A DNA stretch of 60,000 nucleotides from Mobula hypostoma (Eukaryota). This document shows, one piece after another, positions 1 through 12,395 of this stretch; position 1 is the stretch's first letter; every line of letters starts with the position of its first letter. Below the pieces are notes generated by a model. The model was not told where the DNA came from, ran no database searches, and saw nothing but the letters and a program-made list of their open reading frames with translations. The stretch spans positions 3,102,001 through 3,162,000 of the forward strand of contig NC_086101.1 in NCBI RefSeq assembly GCF_963921235.1, written 5' to 3'. Both the position numbers and the translations under genes were made by a program.

Positions 1-683
1 CCACTCCCTCTCCCCTCTCCCACTTCCCCTCCCCCTCCTCCTCCCCTCCCCCCTCCTCCTCCCCTCCCCCTACCTCCTCCACCTCGTCGCCCCTCCCACA
101 CGCCCTCCTCCTCTCCCCTCCCACCCTCCTCCTTCCTCCCCCTCCCCTTCCACCCTCCTCCTCCCCCTCCCCTTCCGCCCTCCTCCTCCCCCTCCTCCTC
201 CCTCCCACTCCCTCTCTTCCCTCCTCCCCTCTCCCACTTCCCCTCCCCCTCCTCCTCCCCCTCTCCTTCCCCTCTCCTTCCCACTCCCCCTCTCCCTCCC
301 ACGTCCTCCTCCTCCCCCTGCCACCCTCCTCCTCCCTCCCTCCTCCTCCTCCCCTCTTCCTCCCCTCCCCCCTCCCCTCCCCCTCCTCCTCCCACTCCCC
401 CCTCCCCCTCTCCTCCCACTCCCCCCTCCCCTCTACCCCTCCTCCTCTTCCCCCTCCCCTCTACCCCCTTCCACACCCCCTCCTCCTCCCCCTGCCACCC
501 TCCTCCTCCCTCCCTCCTCCTCCTCCCCTCTTCCTCCCCTCCCCCTCCCCCTACTCCTCCCCCTCACCTTCCTCCCTCCTCCCCTCCTCCCCTCCTCCCC
601 CCTCCCCTCCTCCCCTCCCCTCCCCCCTCCCCTCCGCCCCTCCCCCTCCCCCTCCCCCTCCCCCCTCTCCCCTCCCCTCCCTC
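1..683. repeat. C/T low-complexity (polypyrimidine/polypurine) tract
   Basis: Almost purely C/T with irregular CCT/CCCCT units; the Gly/Arg/Glu ORFs here are compositional artefacts. Confidence 0.95.
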
Positions 684-2200
684 CCGTTGAGAAAGTTGAG
701 AAAAAAATATTCTATTGTTCCTAATTTGGAGCTTTATAATGAGAGAGTTGAACTTCAGATGCAACATAGTTTGTTATTAACATCCCCGATTGAAAATCAA
801 TTACTTAAAACTAAGTCAATTTCACATACATGGTGATCAAATGGGTAAATTATTGGCTAATCAATTCAAAGCTGCTTTGGCGAAATGTCAGATTAGTAAA
901 GTTCGTAGATGGGATGGTATTTTGACCACTGATCATGATGAAATTAATAAGTCTTTTCAAGAATTTTTTACTAATTTATATCAATCAGAATTTCCTTATG
1001 ACCTTACCGTAATGCATGAATTTTTAAGGAAACTAAACATTCCGAAATTACCAGCTGATGAATGTTTAGCATTAGATGCACCCGTTACTGAAGCGGAAAT
1101 AAAGAAAGCAATTTTTTTTTTGATGAACTCTGGTAAAGCACCTGGCCCGGATGGGTATACAGTTGAATATTTTAAATCTTTCTCAGACTTACTTTCTCCC
1201 TGGTTACGTAGAATTTTTAAAGATGCTCTATCTATAGGTAAATTTCCACAATCCTATTATGAAGCACCTATCTCTTTAATTCCTGAAAAAGATACAGATC
1301 CCACTGAATGTGCATCATATAGACCTATATCTTTGTTGAATGTGGATTCTAAAAACTTTTCCAAAACATTAGCAATTAGAAAAGAGAAGGTACTACCACA
1401 AATTTTCTCTGAAGATCAGACAGGATTTATTAAAATCGTTACTCATATTTTAATGTTTGGAGGTTAATGAACATTGTACACACTACTTCATCTAAAACTC
1501 GAGAATGTGTTATTTCGCTTGACACCGAGAAGGCGTTTGACAGACATGAATGGGAATATTTATTTAATATACTTGAGAAATTAAATTTCAGCTTAAAATT
1601 TACATCCTGGATTCCTGGATCCAGGGCTCATATGTCCAAGGATAAGTTAGCTCGTTTTTACTGCTATACAAATCCCGTTTGAGATGGATGTAATTCTGAG
1701 GCAGCTTCCTTGACACATGTTCTGGTCTTGTCCTCTTCTAGAAAAACATTGGAAAGATATTTTTGATATTATTTCAGTAGGGTTCTGCTTATTGATTTAC
1801 AACCTCGTCCTATTACTGCAATTTTTGGACTACCAGTGATAGACTCTAGTCGTTTATCCTCGTCAGTTTGTCGTCTAATTGCATTTGTTACATTAATAGC
1901 CAGGAGATCCATTTAACTTAAATGGAAGGATTCTAATCCCCCCACTACATTTCAATGGTTTTCCCAAATGAGAACATGCTTAAACTTGGGGAAAAAATTA
2001 GGAGCAGTACTATGGATCCTTCAGTTAAATTTGAAGAAACTTGGAGGCCATTTGTTTAATATTTTCATACGATGTAGGTTGACCCTTTCTGAATCCTCTG
2101 TAGTAATTTTTTGTTCATGTATAGAGCAGCGAAGTTAATGACAAATAATTTTAGCCGATGTAATATGAAAGTACAATGTCTTTTTTTTAGTTTAGTGTTT
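684..2200 (+). mobile_element. L1-clade LINE fragment (ORF2 RT N-part plus C-terminal region, internally deleted and frameshifted)
   Basis: ORFs 790-1467 and 1467-1682 contain KAPGPDGYTVEYFK, YRPISLLNVD, EDQTGFI and ISLDTEKAFDR; a decayed C-terminal region and a T-rich end follow. Confidence 0.9.
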
Positions 2201-2205
2201 TTTAC

Positions 2206-2925
2206 ACAGTCTGCGTCGGGTCTCGCCAATATATAGAAGGCCACATCGAGAGCACCGGATGCAGTATATCACCCCAGCCGACTCACAGGTGAAGTGTCAC
2301 CTCATCTGGAAGGACTGTCTGGGGCCCTGAATGGTGGTAAGGGAGGAAGTGTAAGGGCATGTGTAGCACTTGTTCCGCTTACACGGATAAGTGCCAGGAA
2401 GAGAAATTATTAAGAATAAGGACTAATTCTGCTAGACGAAGCAGAGTGGTGGTAGAGGGGAACTGATTAGGTCTGGAATCCAAAAAGAAGCAGAGGGCTT
2501 TGAGACCTTCCTGACGGGGGATGGAAGTATATAGAGACTGGACATCCATGGTGAAAATAAAGCGGTGGGGGCCAGGGAACTTAAAATCATCGAAAAGTTT
2601 AAGAGCGTGAGAAGTGTCACGAACATAGGTAGGAAGGGACTGAACAAGGGATAAAACTGTGTCGAGGTATGCAGAAACGAGTTTGGTGGGGCAGGAGCAA
2701 ACTGAGACAATAGGTCTGCCAGGACAGGCAGGTTTGTGGATCTTGGGTAGGAGGAAGAAACGGGAAGTGCAGGGTATGGGAACTATAAGGTTGGTAGCAG
2801 TGGATGGGAAGATCCCCTGAGCGGATAAAGTCGGTGATGGTGTGGGAGACAATGGCCTGGTGCTCCTTAGTGGGGTCACGATCGAGGGGTAAATAAGAAG
2901 AGGTATCCGCGAGTTGTCAATGTTG
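2206..2925 (-). mobile_element. Penelope-like element fragment (RT plus GIY-YIG endonuclease, internally deleted)
   Basis: LPKIHKPACPGRPIVS and FTMDVQSLYTSIP (PLE RT); 2206-2275 on the minus strand reads VIYCIRCSRCGLLYIGETRRRL (GIY-YIG). Confidence 0.9.
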
Positions 2926-3336
2926 TCAACCCTTAGTTGTTTAATGTTTTTCACATCATTCTGTTATTCCTATTTCATTTGTCTCCAGCACCTCCAAAAT
3001 TGAGGTTCTTCAAAGACCTTTCCAAGATAAAAAGGTCTATCTCCAGACAACCACCTCTGGGTAGATTACAGATGGTCACAATCAACACTACCTATTCCAT
3101 CTGCAGTAATGCCTATTCTCAGTTCGAAGGTCTGGTGGACCACAACTGCCCCAGATCCATCATGACTGGACATTGTCTTTATCCCCTGCCTCGCCCTAAC
3201 TTCCACACCAGTGACTATACTTCATTCGGAGTTTCTCAGAAGATTTGGTGGCACCAAAGTCTATCCAATTCCTACAGACATTCTCTGCTCCCTGTAACGG
3301 GTGTGAGGATGGTAACTTCTCCATGTTTTATTCCAG

Positions 3337-3704
3337 TCCTTCTCACTGTGGTCCAGTGCAGAACGGCCGTGGCCTCCCCGGACTCAATCACCACCATCGC
3401 TGTTGGTGGATCCGTCCACTTCCCCATCCGCCATACCAGCGAGGACAAGTACCGTGTGATTCTGGAGAAAACATCCCCAAACCAGCTGAAGATCTTGGCC
3501 TGGATGTCAGACCGACCGGAGACTCTGTACGTGATCCGGCCGTCCTACGGGAACCGGATTCACTTCAGGAGAGATGGTGTTATTGAGATGCGAGGCATCA
3601 AGATGAGTGACCAGGGGACGTACGAGGTGCAGACAAACTACTTTGGGACGGAGCTGAGAAACCGTGACCTTGACCAGTTTGAGATCCATGTTGTCGATGA
3701 GTAG
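3337..3704 (+). CDS. Ig receptor exon: end of leader plus Cys-less V-set domain (CD2/SLAM/CEACAM/HEPACAM-like); splice donor mutated, reads through to TAG
   Basis: Acceptor TTTTATTCCAG|3337, phase 1: LLTVVQCRTAVA...VGGSVHFPI...KILAW...SYGNRIHF...IEMRGIKMSDQGTYEVQT...FEIHVV. The expected donor after G3696 is ATGAGT instead of GTGAGT; in-frame GAT GAG TAG ends at 3704. No ATG/leader exon was found. Confidence 0.8.
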
Positions 3705-3711
3705 CAGTGTT

Positions 3712-4200
3712 AGAAAGCACGAGAGCACAGAAACAGGCCATTCAGCCCATCCAGTCTGCACTGGATTATGAAAGTGTCATAGATCGCCACAGCCATTCGG
3801 TCCGTTTAGTCTGTCGAACTGTATTCTCCCGAGTTGCATTGACCCATATGTGGACCATAGCCCTCCTTACCCCTCCCATCCATGTACCATCCAAAATTTC
3901 TCTTCAATACAGAAATCAAACCCACATCCACCATTTGCTCTGCCAGCTCAGTCCACGCTCTCACCACCCTCTCGGTGCTGAAGTTCCCCCTCCTCTTCCC
4001 CTTAAATAGTGCACCTTTCACCCTTAACACATGACCTCTCGTCGTCTCACCCAAACTCAGTGGAAAAGGCCTGCTTGCATTTACCCTATCAATACCTCAC
4101 ATAATTTTGTACACCTCCATCAAATCCCCCCTCAATCGTCTGTGTTCCAAGGAATAAAGTGTCAGCCCAGTCAACCTCTCCCTGTAACCCAGGTCCTCGT
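3712..4200 (-). mobile_element. CR1 LINE 3' fragment
   Basis: TRGHVLRV...NFSTERVVRAWTEL C-terminal motif and a CR1-type 3' UTR. Confidence 0.85.
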
Positions 4201-4729
4201 GTCCCACAATGTCCATGTTTTAGAGACACCAACCACCTTTCCCACCTGCTGGACCCCACCACGAGACTTTCTGATCTCCAGAACCCAGACACCACCCAGC
4301 TGACCCTGTCACTGCCTTGAGCTCCCCCCGCCCACCCACTGTGCCATCCCCCTCTCACTGTGACCAGCAGCAGGGTCTATCTCAGCCCAATCACCCCCTC
4401 CCTCACTCTGGATCCTTGAAATCTCGTGTGGAGTTCCTGATTCTTTTCCCTGGGGGGAGAGTACTGACTCCATTCTAAGCCCCTTTATAATACACATCTT
4501 TAAGGTGTATAAGTGTTACGGAAACAGCAATGAAAAATCTTTCTGCATCTGAGTGACCGAGGACAGACAGAGATGGTGGACCTTCATTTCTGCCCTGAAC
4601 ACCAGCAGGTGTAACGGGAAGTAAATCAGTATAAAGTCACTCCGTAATCCAGGGAATAATGTTGGAGCCTGCCTATCCTCACCCTATAAGCCTGTTCCTT
4701 GTCCAGGCAGGTCCTGGCCTGGAATGTCG

Positions 4730-5005
4730 ACTCCATGGATGCTGCTTGACCTACTGAATTCTCCTCCAGCATTTTGTGTGTGTGTTCGTGTTGCTCACAT
4801 CCTTGTCAATCTCCTCTGCATTTTTTCCACACCTTCCCTTTAACAGGGTAACCACACCACCAAGTGTGGCCTCACCGACATCTTGTACAACTGTGATGTG
4901 ATGGCCCTCACTCCTGTAATCAATACCCTGACTCGATTGGGCCAGCACGCTGAAAGTCTCCTTCACCACCCTGTCTACCTGTGGAGCCACTTTCAGGGAA
5001 CCATG
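4730..5005. mobile_element. Penelope terminal remnant followed by a CR1 RT fragment (CR1 part on the minus strand)
   Basis: GATGCTGC...CCTCCAGCATTTTGTGTG PLE-end motif, then decayed QVDRVVKE...GIDYRS CR1 motif. Confidence 0.6.
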
Positions 5006-5189
5006 TTCTTATCCTCCTGGGACGTGGACAATCCCTACAGCCCTGTAGTGTCCCTACCTCTTGGATCTGGAGATTCGAGGGTTCTCTGTGTGGAGTTTGC
5101 ACGTGTGAGCTCCCACTGCCCCGTCCCCACTTGCGATTGTTGGCCCAGTTTCCTCCCCTCAACCCCATGAAGAGGAGGGAGAGACAGAG

Positions 5190-5712
5190 TCCCTCTGTTG
5201 ATCGGGGTCGACCAGCTGTCTATGAATACACCAGCCACACCATTACAATACGGAGACCAAGCTGTCGTCCATGCCGCAGGCTCCCTCTCACCATCAGCTG
5301 ATGAATCCAAAGGCACGGCAGACACTGAAACAGTCTGACACCCGCGGCCTCGCTGGAGTTGCCAGTCAGTGTTGAACTGAAGATACAATCCAGTTCCGGA
5401 TTTCTCCTTGGGATTTACTCCTGAAGCCTTTCCCATGAGTGGGTTTGAGATCAGAGTTTTCCTTCTCCGACGTGAGCTGCCAGTCACAGCTGAGGAGCCC
5501 CGTCTGCCCAAAGCAACCCGCTTGAAGGTGACAGTAACTGGCCTTTGGCCCTTCTGTGAGCAGAAATGATCCTGCTGGGTTTAATAGCTGAGCTGTACGT
5601 GAGAGTCAGGAGCTGGACTTGGTTGTCAGAGGCTATTTGAGACACGCCATTGGGAGCATTTAATAAATTGTGGAGTTTGTATCCTCACTACCCGCTCTCC
5701 CGGCTGTAACAA
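5190..5712. repeat. Interspersed repeat (related copies at 11737-12120 and about 29730-30210); possibly the 5' region of an RTE-type LINE
   Basis: Shared blocks GGATTTACTCC..., GAGATCAGAG..., GGAGCTGGACTTGGTTGTCAGAGGC occur three times in the window; family assignment is tentative. Confidence 0.55.
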
Positions 5713-5871
5713 TGTTAAAGAACCTCGACCAGCACCTGACTGAATCTTTCCCCAGTGTGTGGGTGACGGGTAAAATCTATGGGGGTGGAGTGGATTTGGT
5801 TGTCGGGTGTTTGTTGAGGGGAATGTTTTCCAGAATTTAATGTTAATTCATAATGAAATCTCTCCTGGCAG

Positions 5872-6132
5872 AGCCGGTATCTGAGCCAAGAGTGGAGATC
5901 AGCAGGAATGCCTCCCATGTCACGCTGAACTGCACGGCTCTCGGAAGCGGACAGATCACCTATCGGTGGGAAAGGCAGACAGACGCTACCGTTGGGAACG
6001 ACACCGTCCATGGAGCCCTGCTGGTCCTGCAGAACGATGGGCTGAGTGGCCACACCTACAACTGCATTGCTGAAGATTGCTGCAGTCGGCAGATCAGCCT
6101 CCCAGTCTCTGTCGACTTCAACCCAGCCAGCA
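5872..6132 (+). CDS. Ig receptor exon: C2-type Ig domain
   Basis: CTCTCCTGGCAG| ... |GTGAGT, 261 nt, phase 1/1: EPVSEPRVEIS...VTLNCTA...ITYRW...LLVL...HTYNCIAEDCCS...FNPAS. Confidence 0.88.
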
Positions 6133-6294
6133 GTGAGTGGGACACAGTGGATGTGTTTCCAGTACTGGGGGAGTCTCAGGATATGGGGGTGTCCATTTAG
6201 GACAGAGATGAGGAATTTCATTAGCAAGAGAGTGGGGAATCTGTGTAATTCATTGTCTCAGATGGCTGTGGAGGCCAAGTCATTGGGTGTATTT

Positions 6295-6867
6295 ATAGAC
6301 AATAGGTGCAGGAGTAGGCCATTCGGCCCTTCGAGCCAGCACTGCCATTCACTGTGATCATGGCTGATCATCCACTATCAGTATCCAGTTCCTGCCTTAT
6401 CCCCATAACCTTTGATTCCACTATCTTTAAGAGCTCTATCCATCTCTTTTTTGAAAGCATCCAGAGACTTGGCCTCCACAGCCTTCTGGGGCAGAGCATT
6501 CCATACATCCACCACTCTCTGGGTGAAAAGTTTTTCCTCAACTCCGTTCTGAATGGCCTACCCCTAATTCTTAAACTGTGGCCTCTGGTTCTGGACTCCC
6601 CCATCAGCGGGAACATGCTTCCTGCCTCCAGCATCTCCAATCCCTTAATAATCTTGTATGTTTCAATAAGATCCCCTCTCAGCCTTCTAAATTCCAGAGT
6701 ATACAAGCCCACTCACTCCAATCTTTCAACATATGACAGTCCCGCCATCCTGGGAATTAACCTTGTGAACCTACGCTGCACTCCCTCAATAGCAAGAATG
6801 TCCTTCCTCAAATTTGGAGAGCAAAACTGCACACAGTACTCCAGGTGTGGTCTCACCAGGGCCCTGT
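6295..6867 (-). mobile_element. CR1 3' fragment inserted into an older plus-strand CR1 tail (about 6175-7015)
   Basis: LGLYTLEFRRLRGDLIETYKI...TRGHSLRI. Absent from the inverted duplicate (empty site CATTGGGTGTATTC|AAAGCGG near 11157). Confidence 0.9.
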
Positions 6868-7221
6868 AAAGCGAAGGTTATCAGTTCTTGGTTATTCAGG
6901 GTGTCAAAGGTTACAGTGAGAAGGCAGGAGAATGGGTTTGAGAGGGTCAATGAATCAGCCACAGTGGAATTCAGACCTGATGGGCTGAATGGCCTACTTT
7001 TGCTCCTGTGTTCTAGTCATATCATCTCCTAGAGTAGGGTGTGAAGTGGGGACTGCTTGGAATCGAGAACGTACCCCAGGACCCGACTGGACAGGGGCTG
7101 GACTGAGAAAGGGGAGGAGGGAGTTCCAGTTTCCAGACACAAAGGTTCTGGTTGTGGGTTTCTGACCATGGAGTGGATCAGTGAACTGAGGTTTAATGCT
7201 GTCTGTCTTTCTGTCCCCCAG

Positions 7222-7314
7222 AGTCCAGAAATTATTGGGCCAGTGTCCTCAGCTTTACAGTCGTTGTGGTGTTAATCTTGGGTCTGTATCTGCTCAGGAA
7301 ATCTGTACCGATCG
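7222..7314 (+). CDS. Ig receptor transmembrane exon
   Basis: TCTGTCCCCCAG| ... |GTGAGT, 93 nt, phase 1/1: SRNYWASVLSFTVVVVLILGLYLLRKSVPI. Confidence 0.85.
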
Positions 7315-7731
7315 GTGAGTATCCTCTTCACAATCATCCCACTCTCCATCTAGCTCCCTTTCATCCATCTCACCTCTGGTGTAAGGTGAGCCCGATGTTG
7401 GGACAACACACACACACAATGCTGGAGGATTTAGTGGGTCAGGGAGCACCTACGAGGGGAATAAACAGGCCCGATATATCTAATTATTATTATTATCATT
7501 ATCTTTGTTATAACTAATTATTATCTTTCTACTTCATTATTACTAATAATTGATACACTCATCCTTCGATATATCTAAGTACTTCCTGCACCACACCAGT
7601 CCCGTGTCCACAGGTAAACCAGGTGTATTTCAGGGACTGAGAATGGATGCCCCGTCCTTGGTGCTCGGGAGGGAATAACTACCCCACCTCGTCACTGGCT
7701 GGGAAGTGACGTGTGACATTTTCTCTCACAG

Positions 7732-7736
7732 GTTAA
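7732..7736 (+). CDS. Probable terminal exon of the Ig receptor (G-stop)
   Basis: Strong acceptor TTTTCTCTCACAG|GT TAA completes GGT and then stops, giving the tail RKSVPIG*. Confidence 0.5.
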
Positions 7737-8104
7737 GCCCACTCAGAAACGATGGGCCAGGAGAGTTCCAATGAGGATGGGGGTACGGACTGTCCGATCT
7801 TGGAATCTCGAGGCTCCTCTGACCCAGTGTGAACTGGAACCGGGACAGTGCTGAACATGTCCCTCCCTCCAGCTGCTGTCTCTACCGTGACCCCCACCCA
7901 CCCAACCCCTGATCACAGGACGACTGTACCTCACACTGTGTGGGAGGTGTCACTGAGATGCTGGGCTCCCCACTGTGGGGCAGTTCCTGACTGTAGCAAC
8001 TACTGGGGAACCGATCGATGATTGTGTGCATTGAGATGGGAGCTCGGGGTGACTGTGTCAGTGTCTGTCCCTGTGTCCTGTTTATTTGTTCTGTCTCAGG
8101 TTTT

Positions 8105-8520
8105 ACACAGAACATTACAGCACAATACAGGCCCTTTGGCCCATAATGCTGTGCTGACTTTGTAATCCAGTCTAACATCAATCGAACTCTCCCCTCCGAC
8201 GTTGCTCTCCATTTTTCTATCATCCACGTTCCTTAAAATGCCTCTACCAGCACCCCTGGCAGCACGTTCCTTGCATCCATCACTCTCTATAAAAACACAC
8301 CTCTGATATCTCCCTTGTACTTTCCTCCAATCACAATAAATTGATGCTGTCTGTGTTGGCCATTTCCACCCTGAGGAAACGTCTCTGACTGTCCACTGTC
8401 TGTCCCTCTCATCAACTTGTACAACTCCAAGTCACTCTCGTCCTCCCTCACTGCGAAGAGAAAATCCCCAGCTCACTCAACCTCTCCTCATCAGACCAGC
8501 TCCCTAATCCACTCAGCATT
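8105..8520 (-). mobile_element. CR1 3' fragment
   Basis: CR1 tail motif CAGCACAATACAGGCCCTTTGGCCCA and a decayed RT C-terminus. Confidence 0.8.
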
Positions 8521-8696
8521 TACTGATTGAACTGAATCCTGTGGATTCGACAACGCATCTTCTCAGCTTCTACATTTTGTCTTTTGCACGTTGGTTGTTT
8601 GTCAGTTTTGTTTTTGAGTCATTTTTCACAATTTGTATTATATTTGTGTGTTTTGCTGTGAATGCCTGTAATGAAATGCTGCCATGTATATAATGC

Positions 8697-9285
8697 TGTT
8701 GTGTATTTAATATTTCTGTAATATTTCAGTATGTTGATTGATTACACCTTGATTGAGTATTTATTAATTATACTTGTTTAATGATTCTACATGTTGTTAA
8801 TGTAGTTGTTTGAACTTATAATCGTTTTGTACATTCTTTGTTGTTCACATGTTATTAGCTGAGATAAATCATTCCTGGCACTCTGTAAGAATAAGTGAAT
8901 ATATAAAAACTGTCCTGTTGCTACCAAATGATACGTGTGGGCCTCGTTTAAAGTGATCACAAAGTTAGACTCACGTTTTGGACCCCATTGTCTTTCTTTG
9001 AAATAATTTAATGTTTTGAAGTTTCAATGCATAACCTTGGTGACGAGGTGTTTCTGAAATGACACCTCTGGACCTGAATGCCAGCGAGACATTTGAACTA
9101 AAACACAGTGACAAAGGCAGGTAAAAAATGTAGCCCTGGATGTGTAGAGGCCGTCGAGTTAAAAACAAAAGGCAGAAAACTGAAGAATTCATGGGTTCAT
9201 AAAGAGTGAGTCCTGGTGATAATAATCCTAAAAAAACAAGCAGAAATGGCTGGCTGGCCTTCGATAGATCTCATTATTAATATAT
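8697..9285 (+). mobile_element. Gypsy-type LTR (about 8697-9035) with PBS-like TGGTGACGAG and a short internal remnant
   Basis: AT-rich block from TGTTG to CATAAC, followed directly by TGGTGACGAG at 9038. Confidence 0.45.
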
Positions 9286-9388
9286 TTATCCATCAGTATC
9301 TATAATTAATATTTATCCCTTGGTATCTCTAATGATTGTCTATCCCTCTACATCTGATTAATGCTTATCCGTCGACATATCTACCTAT

Positions 9389-10407
9389 TGTTATGCACCC
9401 GCAACGGTTTAAGTGAACCAGCAGCAATAGAACACACCTGGAGTCTGGCTTTCATGTTAAAACCACTAGTTAATACAGTAACTTAAACCAGATAAATGCA
9501 AAGTTAGCAGTGTTATGCAAGTGTAGAGGCATCCATTAGTCTCATGAGACCATGGAGCTGAGCCTTGGAAAGTTTCCAGGGCGCAGGCCTGGGCAAGGTT
9601 GTACTGCTCATTGACACGGAGTCGTCGTGATACAGGCCCTTCTGCCCATCCAGTACCTACTTCCAAGCACACTCATGTTTACTAACATTTTTTATTAGCA
9701 ACGACGCAATACAGTAATATAAAACTAGGTAAATCGAACAGGTTAGCAGAGTTTATGCATATATAGGTGTGGAAATACAAAAACCCAAACTCCTTCAAAC
9801 TTAGGTGGCAATTGATACAGTCTTACGGTGGTATGTAAATAAAGTCAGTTCAGTTTCCGATATTGAGTTGAGTAGAATTGAGGAGAGAGAGAGGTGGACT
9901 GTTGTCCATGTAAGTCGAGGCCGTTGATTCTTCCTGTTGTCCTCCAAAACTTCCAAGTCAGCCAAACTTGACCAACTTAAGAGCGCCATCTTCAAGTGAT
10001 AATCTACCAACCCAGGCAAAGGTTAGACACACTGGTAGACTCCACAGGGTTGCTCTTTCACGCACGAATAATCACAGATCGATTCCTCTTAATTGATCCT
10101 CAGTCCCACACTTAGTGCGTCTGCATGTCCCTTCTTCTGTGCATCCTTGTGTGTGTCTGTCTGTCTACCAGCTGACCTTGTATTTATCTCACCATGCTGA
10201 ACACCAGCTGTCCATCAAGTAGCTCCTCCTTTCTCTCTCTGTAGGAACTCAGAAGCTGGCAGTGTCCGTGCAGAAATCCCAAACAAACCGTGAGCAGTCA
10301 GTGTCACACGCTCACACACTCACACACTGTTTGTGCTGTACAGATGCACAATCTCTCTCTCTTTTTAAAGTCATAGTCCATCATGAATAACTCAGGACAT
10401 CGTCACA
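9389..10407 (-). mobile_element. Solo LTR related to the LTR at 12865-13690 (with an internal insertion at about 9466-9690)
   Basis: TGT...ACA ends; shares GAACCAGCAG, TTTATTAG.AAC.ACG.AATACAGTAATATAAA, ATTGAGTTGAGTAG and CAGGAC...GTCACA with 12865-13690. Confidence 0.75.
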
Positions 10408-10712
10408 AGCTCGATTGGAGGGTGATACTGGAGGCTGACGGCAGAGCAGAGGTGGCTATTATTAAGAATGAGCTTTCGGGGTACTTGGAGACCAATGATA
10501 AATCAAGTCAAAGTCAAAGGAGAAAATGGACAAAGAGGAGGAAAACTCTGATCTCCCACTCTTGGGGAAGGATTCTGGAGTAAACAATGAGATATATTAA
10601 TAATGAGATCTATCGAAGACCAGCCGGCCTTTTCCGCTTGTTTGTTTAGGATTATTATCACCAGACTCACTCTTTAGACGGAGAGTGGGATGATAGTGAA
10701 GAGGATACTCAC

Positions 10713-10797
10713 TGAGATCTCCTGAGCAGATACAGACCCACGATTAACACCACAACGACTGTAAAGCTGAGAATGATTCCCCAGTAATTTCTGGACT
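10713..10797 (-). pseudogene. Inverted duplicate Ig receptor: TM exon (8 nt shorter, exit phase changed)
   Basis: SRNYWGIILSFTVVVVLIVGLYLLRRS with AG/GTGAGT boundaries; paralogous to 7222-7314. Confidence 0.85.
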
Positions 10798-11319
10798 CTG
10801 GGGGACAGAAAGACAGACAGCACTAAACCTCAGTTCACTGATCCATTCCATGGTCAGAAACCCACAACCAGAACCTTTGTGTCTGGAAACTGGAACTCCC
10901 TCCTCCCCTCTCTCAGTCCAGCCCCTGTCCAGTCGGGTCCTGGGGCACGTTCTCGATTCCAAGCAGTCCCCACTTCACACCCGACTCTAGGAGATGATAT
11001 GACTAGAACACAGGAGCAAAAGTAGGCCATTCAGCCCATCAGGTCTGCTCTGCCATTCCACTGTGGTTGATTCATTGACCCTCTCCATCCCATTCTCCTG
11101 CCTTCTCACTGTAACCTTTGACACCCTGAATAACCAAGAACCGATAACCTCCGCTTTGAATACACCCAATGACTTGGCCTCCACAGCCATCTGAGACAAT
11201 GAATTTCACAGATTCACCACCCTCTGGCTAATGAAATTCCTCATCTCTGTCCTAACTGGACACCCCGATATCCTGAGACTCCCCCAGTACTGGAAACACA
11301 TCCACTGTGTCCCACTCAC

Positions 11320-11580
11320 TGCTGGCGGGGTTGAAGTCAACAGAGACTGGGAGGCTGATCTGCCGACTGCAGCAATCTTCAGCAATGCAGTTGTAGGTGT
11401 GGCCACTCAGCCCATCATCCTGCAGGACCAGCAGGGCTCCATGGAAGGTGTCGTTCCCAACAGCAGCGTCTGTCTGCCTTTCCCACCAATAGGTGGTCTG
11501 TCCGCTTCCGAGAGCCGTGCAGTTCAGCGTGACCTGGGAGGTATTCCTGCTGATCTCCACTCTTGGCTCAGACACCGGCT
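11320..11580 (-). pseudogene. Inverted duplicate Ig receptor: intact C2 exon
   Basis: 261 nt, both splice sites intact: EPVSEPRVEISRNTSQVTLNC...YNCIAEDCCS; near-identical to 5872-6132. Confidence 0.88.
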
Positions 11581-12119
11581 CTGCCAGGAGAGATTTCATT
11601 ATGAATTAACATTAAATTCTTGAAAACATTCCCCTCAACAACCCCCCACAACCAAATCCACTCCACCCCCATAGATTTTACCCGTCACCCACACACTGGG
11701 GAAAGATTCAGTCAGGTGCTGGTCGAGGTTCTTTAACATTGTTACAGCCGGGAGAGCGGGTAGTGAGGATACAAACTCCACAATTTATTAAATGCTCCCA
11801 ATGGCGTGTCTCAAATAGCCTCTGACAACCAAGTCCAGCTCCTGACTCTCACGTACAGCTCAGCTATTAAACCCAGCAGGATCATTTCTGCTCACAGAAG
11901 GGCCAAAGGCCGGTTACTGTCACCTTCAAGCAGGTTGCTTTGGGCCGATGGGGCTCCTCAGCTGTGACTGGCAGCTCACGTCAGAGAAGGAAAACTCTGA
12001 TCTCAAACCCACTCATGGGAAAGGCTTCAGGAGTAAATCCCAAGGAGAAATCCGGAACCGGATTGTATCTTCAGTTCAACACTGACTGGCAACTCCAGCG
12101 ACGCCGCGGGTGTCAGACT

Positions 12120-12395
12120 GTTTCTTAGCTCCCTCCCAAAGTAGTTTGTCTGCACCTCGTATGTCCCCTTGTCACTCATCTTGATGCCTCGCATCTCGAT
12201 AACACCATCTGTCCGGAAGTGAATCCGGTTCCTGTAGGACAGCCGGATCACGTACGGACTCTCCGGTTGGTCTGACATCCAGGCCAAGATCTTCAGCTGG
12301 TTCGGGGACGTTTTCTCCAGAGTCACCTCGTACTTGTCCTCACTGGTTGGAGGATGGGGAAGTGGACGGATCCACCAACAGGGACAGTGGTGATA
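12120..12395 (-). pseudogene. Inverted duplicate Ig receptor: damaged V exon
   Basis: SEDKYEVTLEKTSPNQLKILAW...DKGTYEVQTNYFGRELRN. Acceptor and leader deleted, 1-nt frameshift, 3' end and donor deleted. Confidence 0.88.

Noticed and set aside
2937..3336. N-terminal 133 aa of the 255-aa ORF as a real signal peptide and extension
   Set aside because: It starts at a non-ATG codon next to a Penelope fragment, and a canonical acceptor at 3336 marks the true exon start; most likely open intron.
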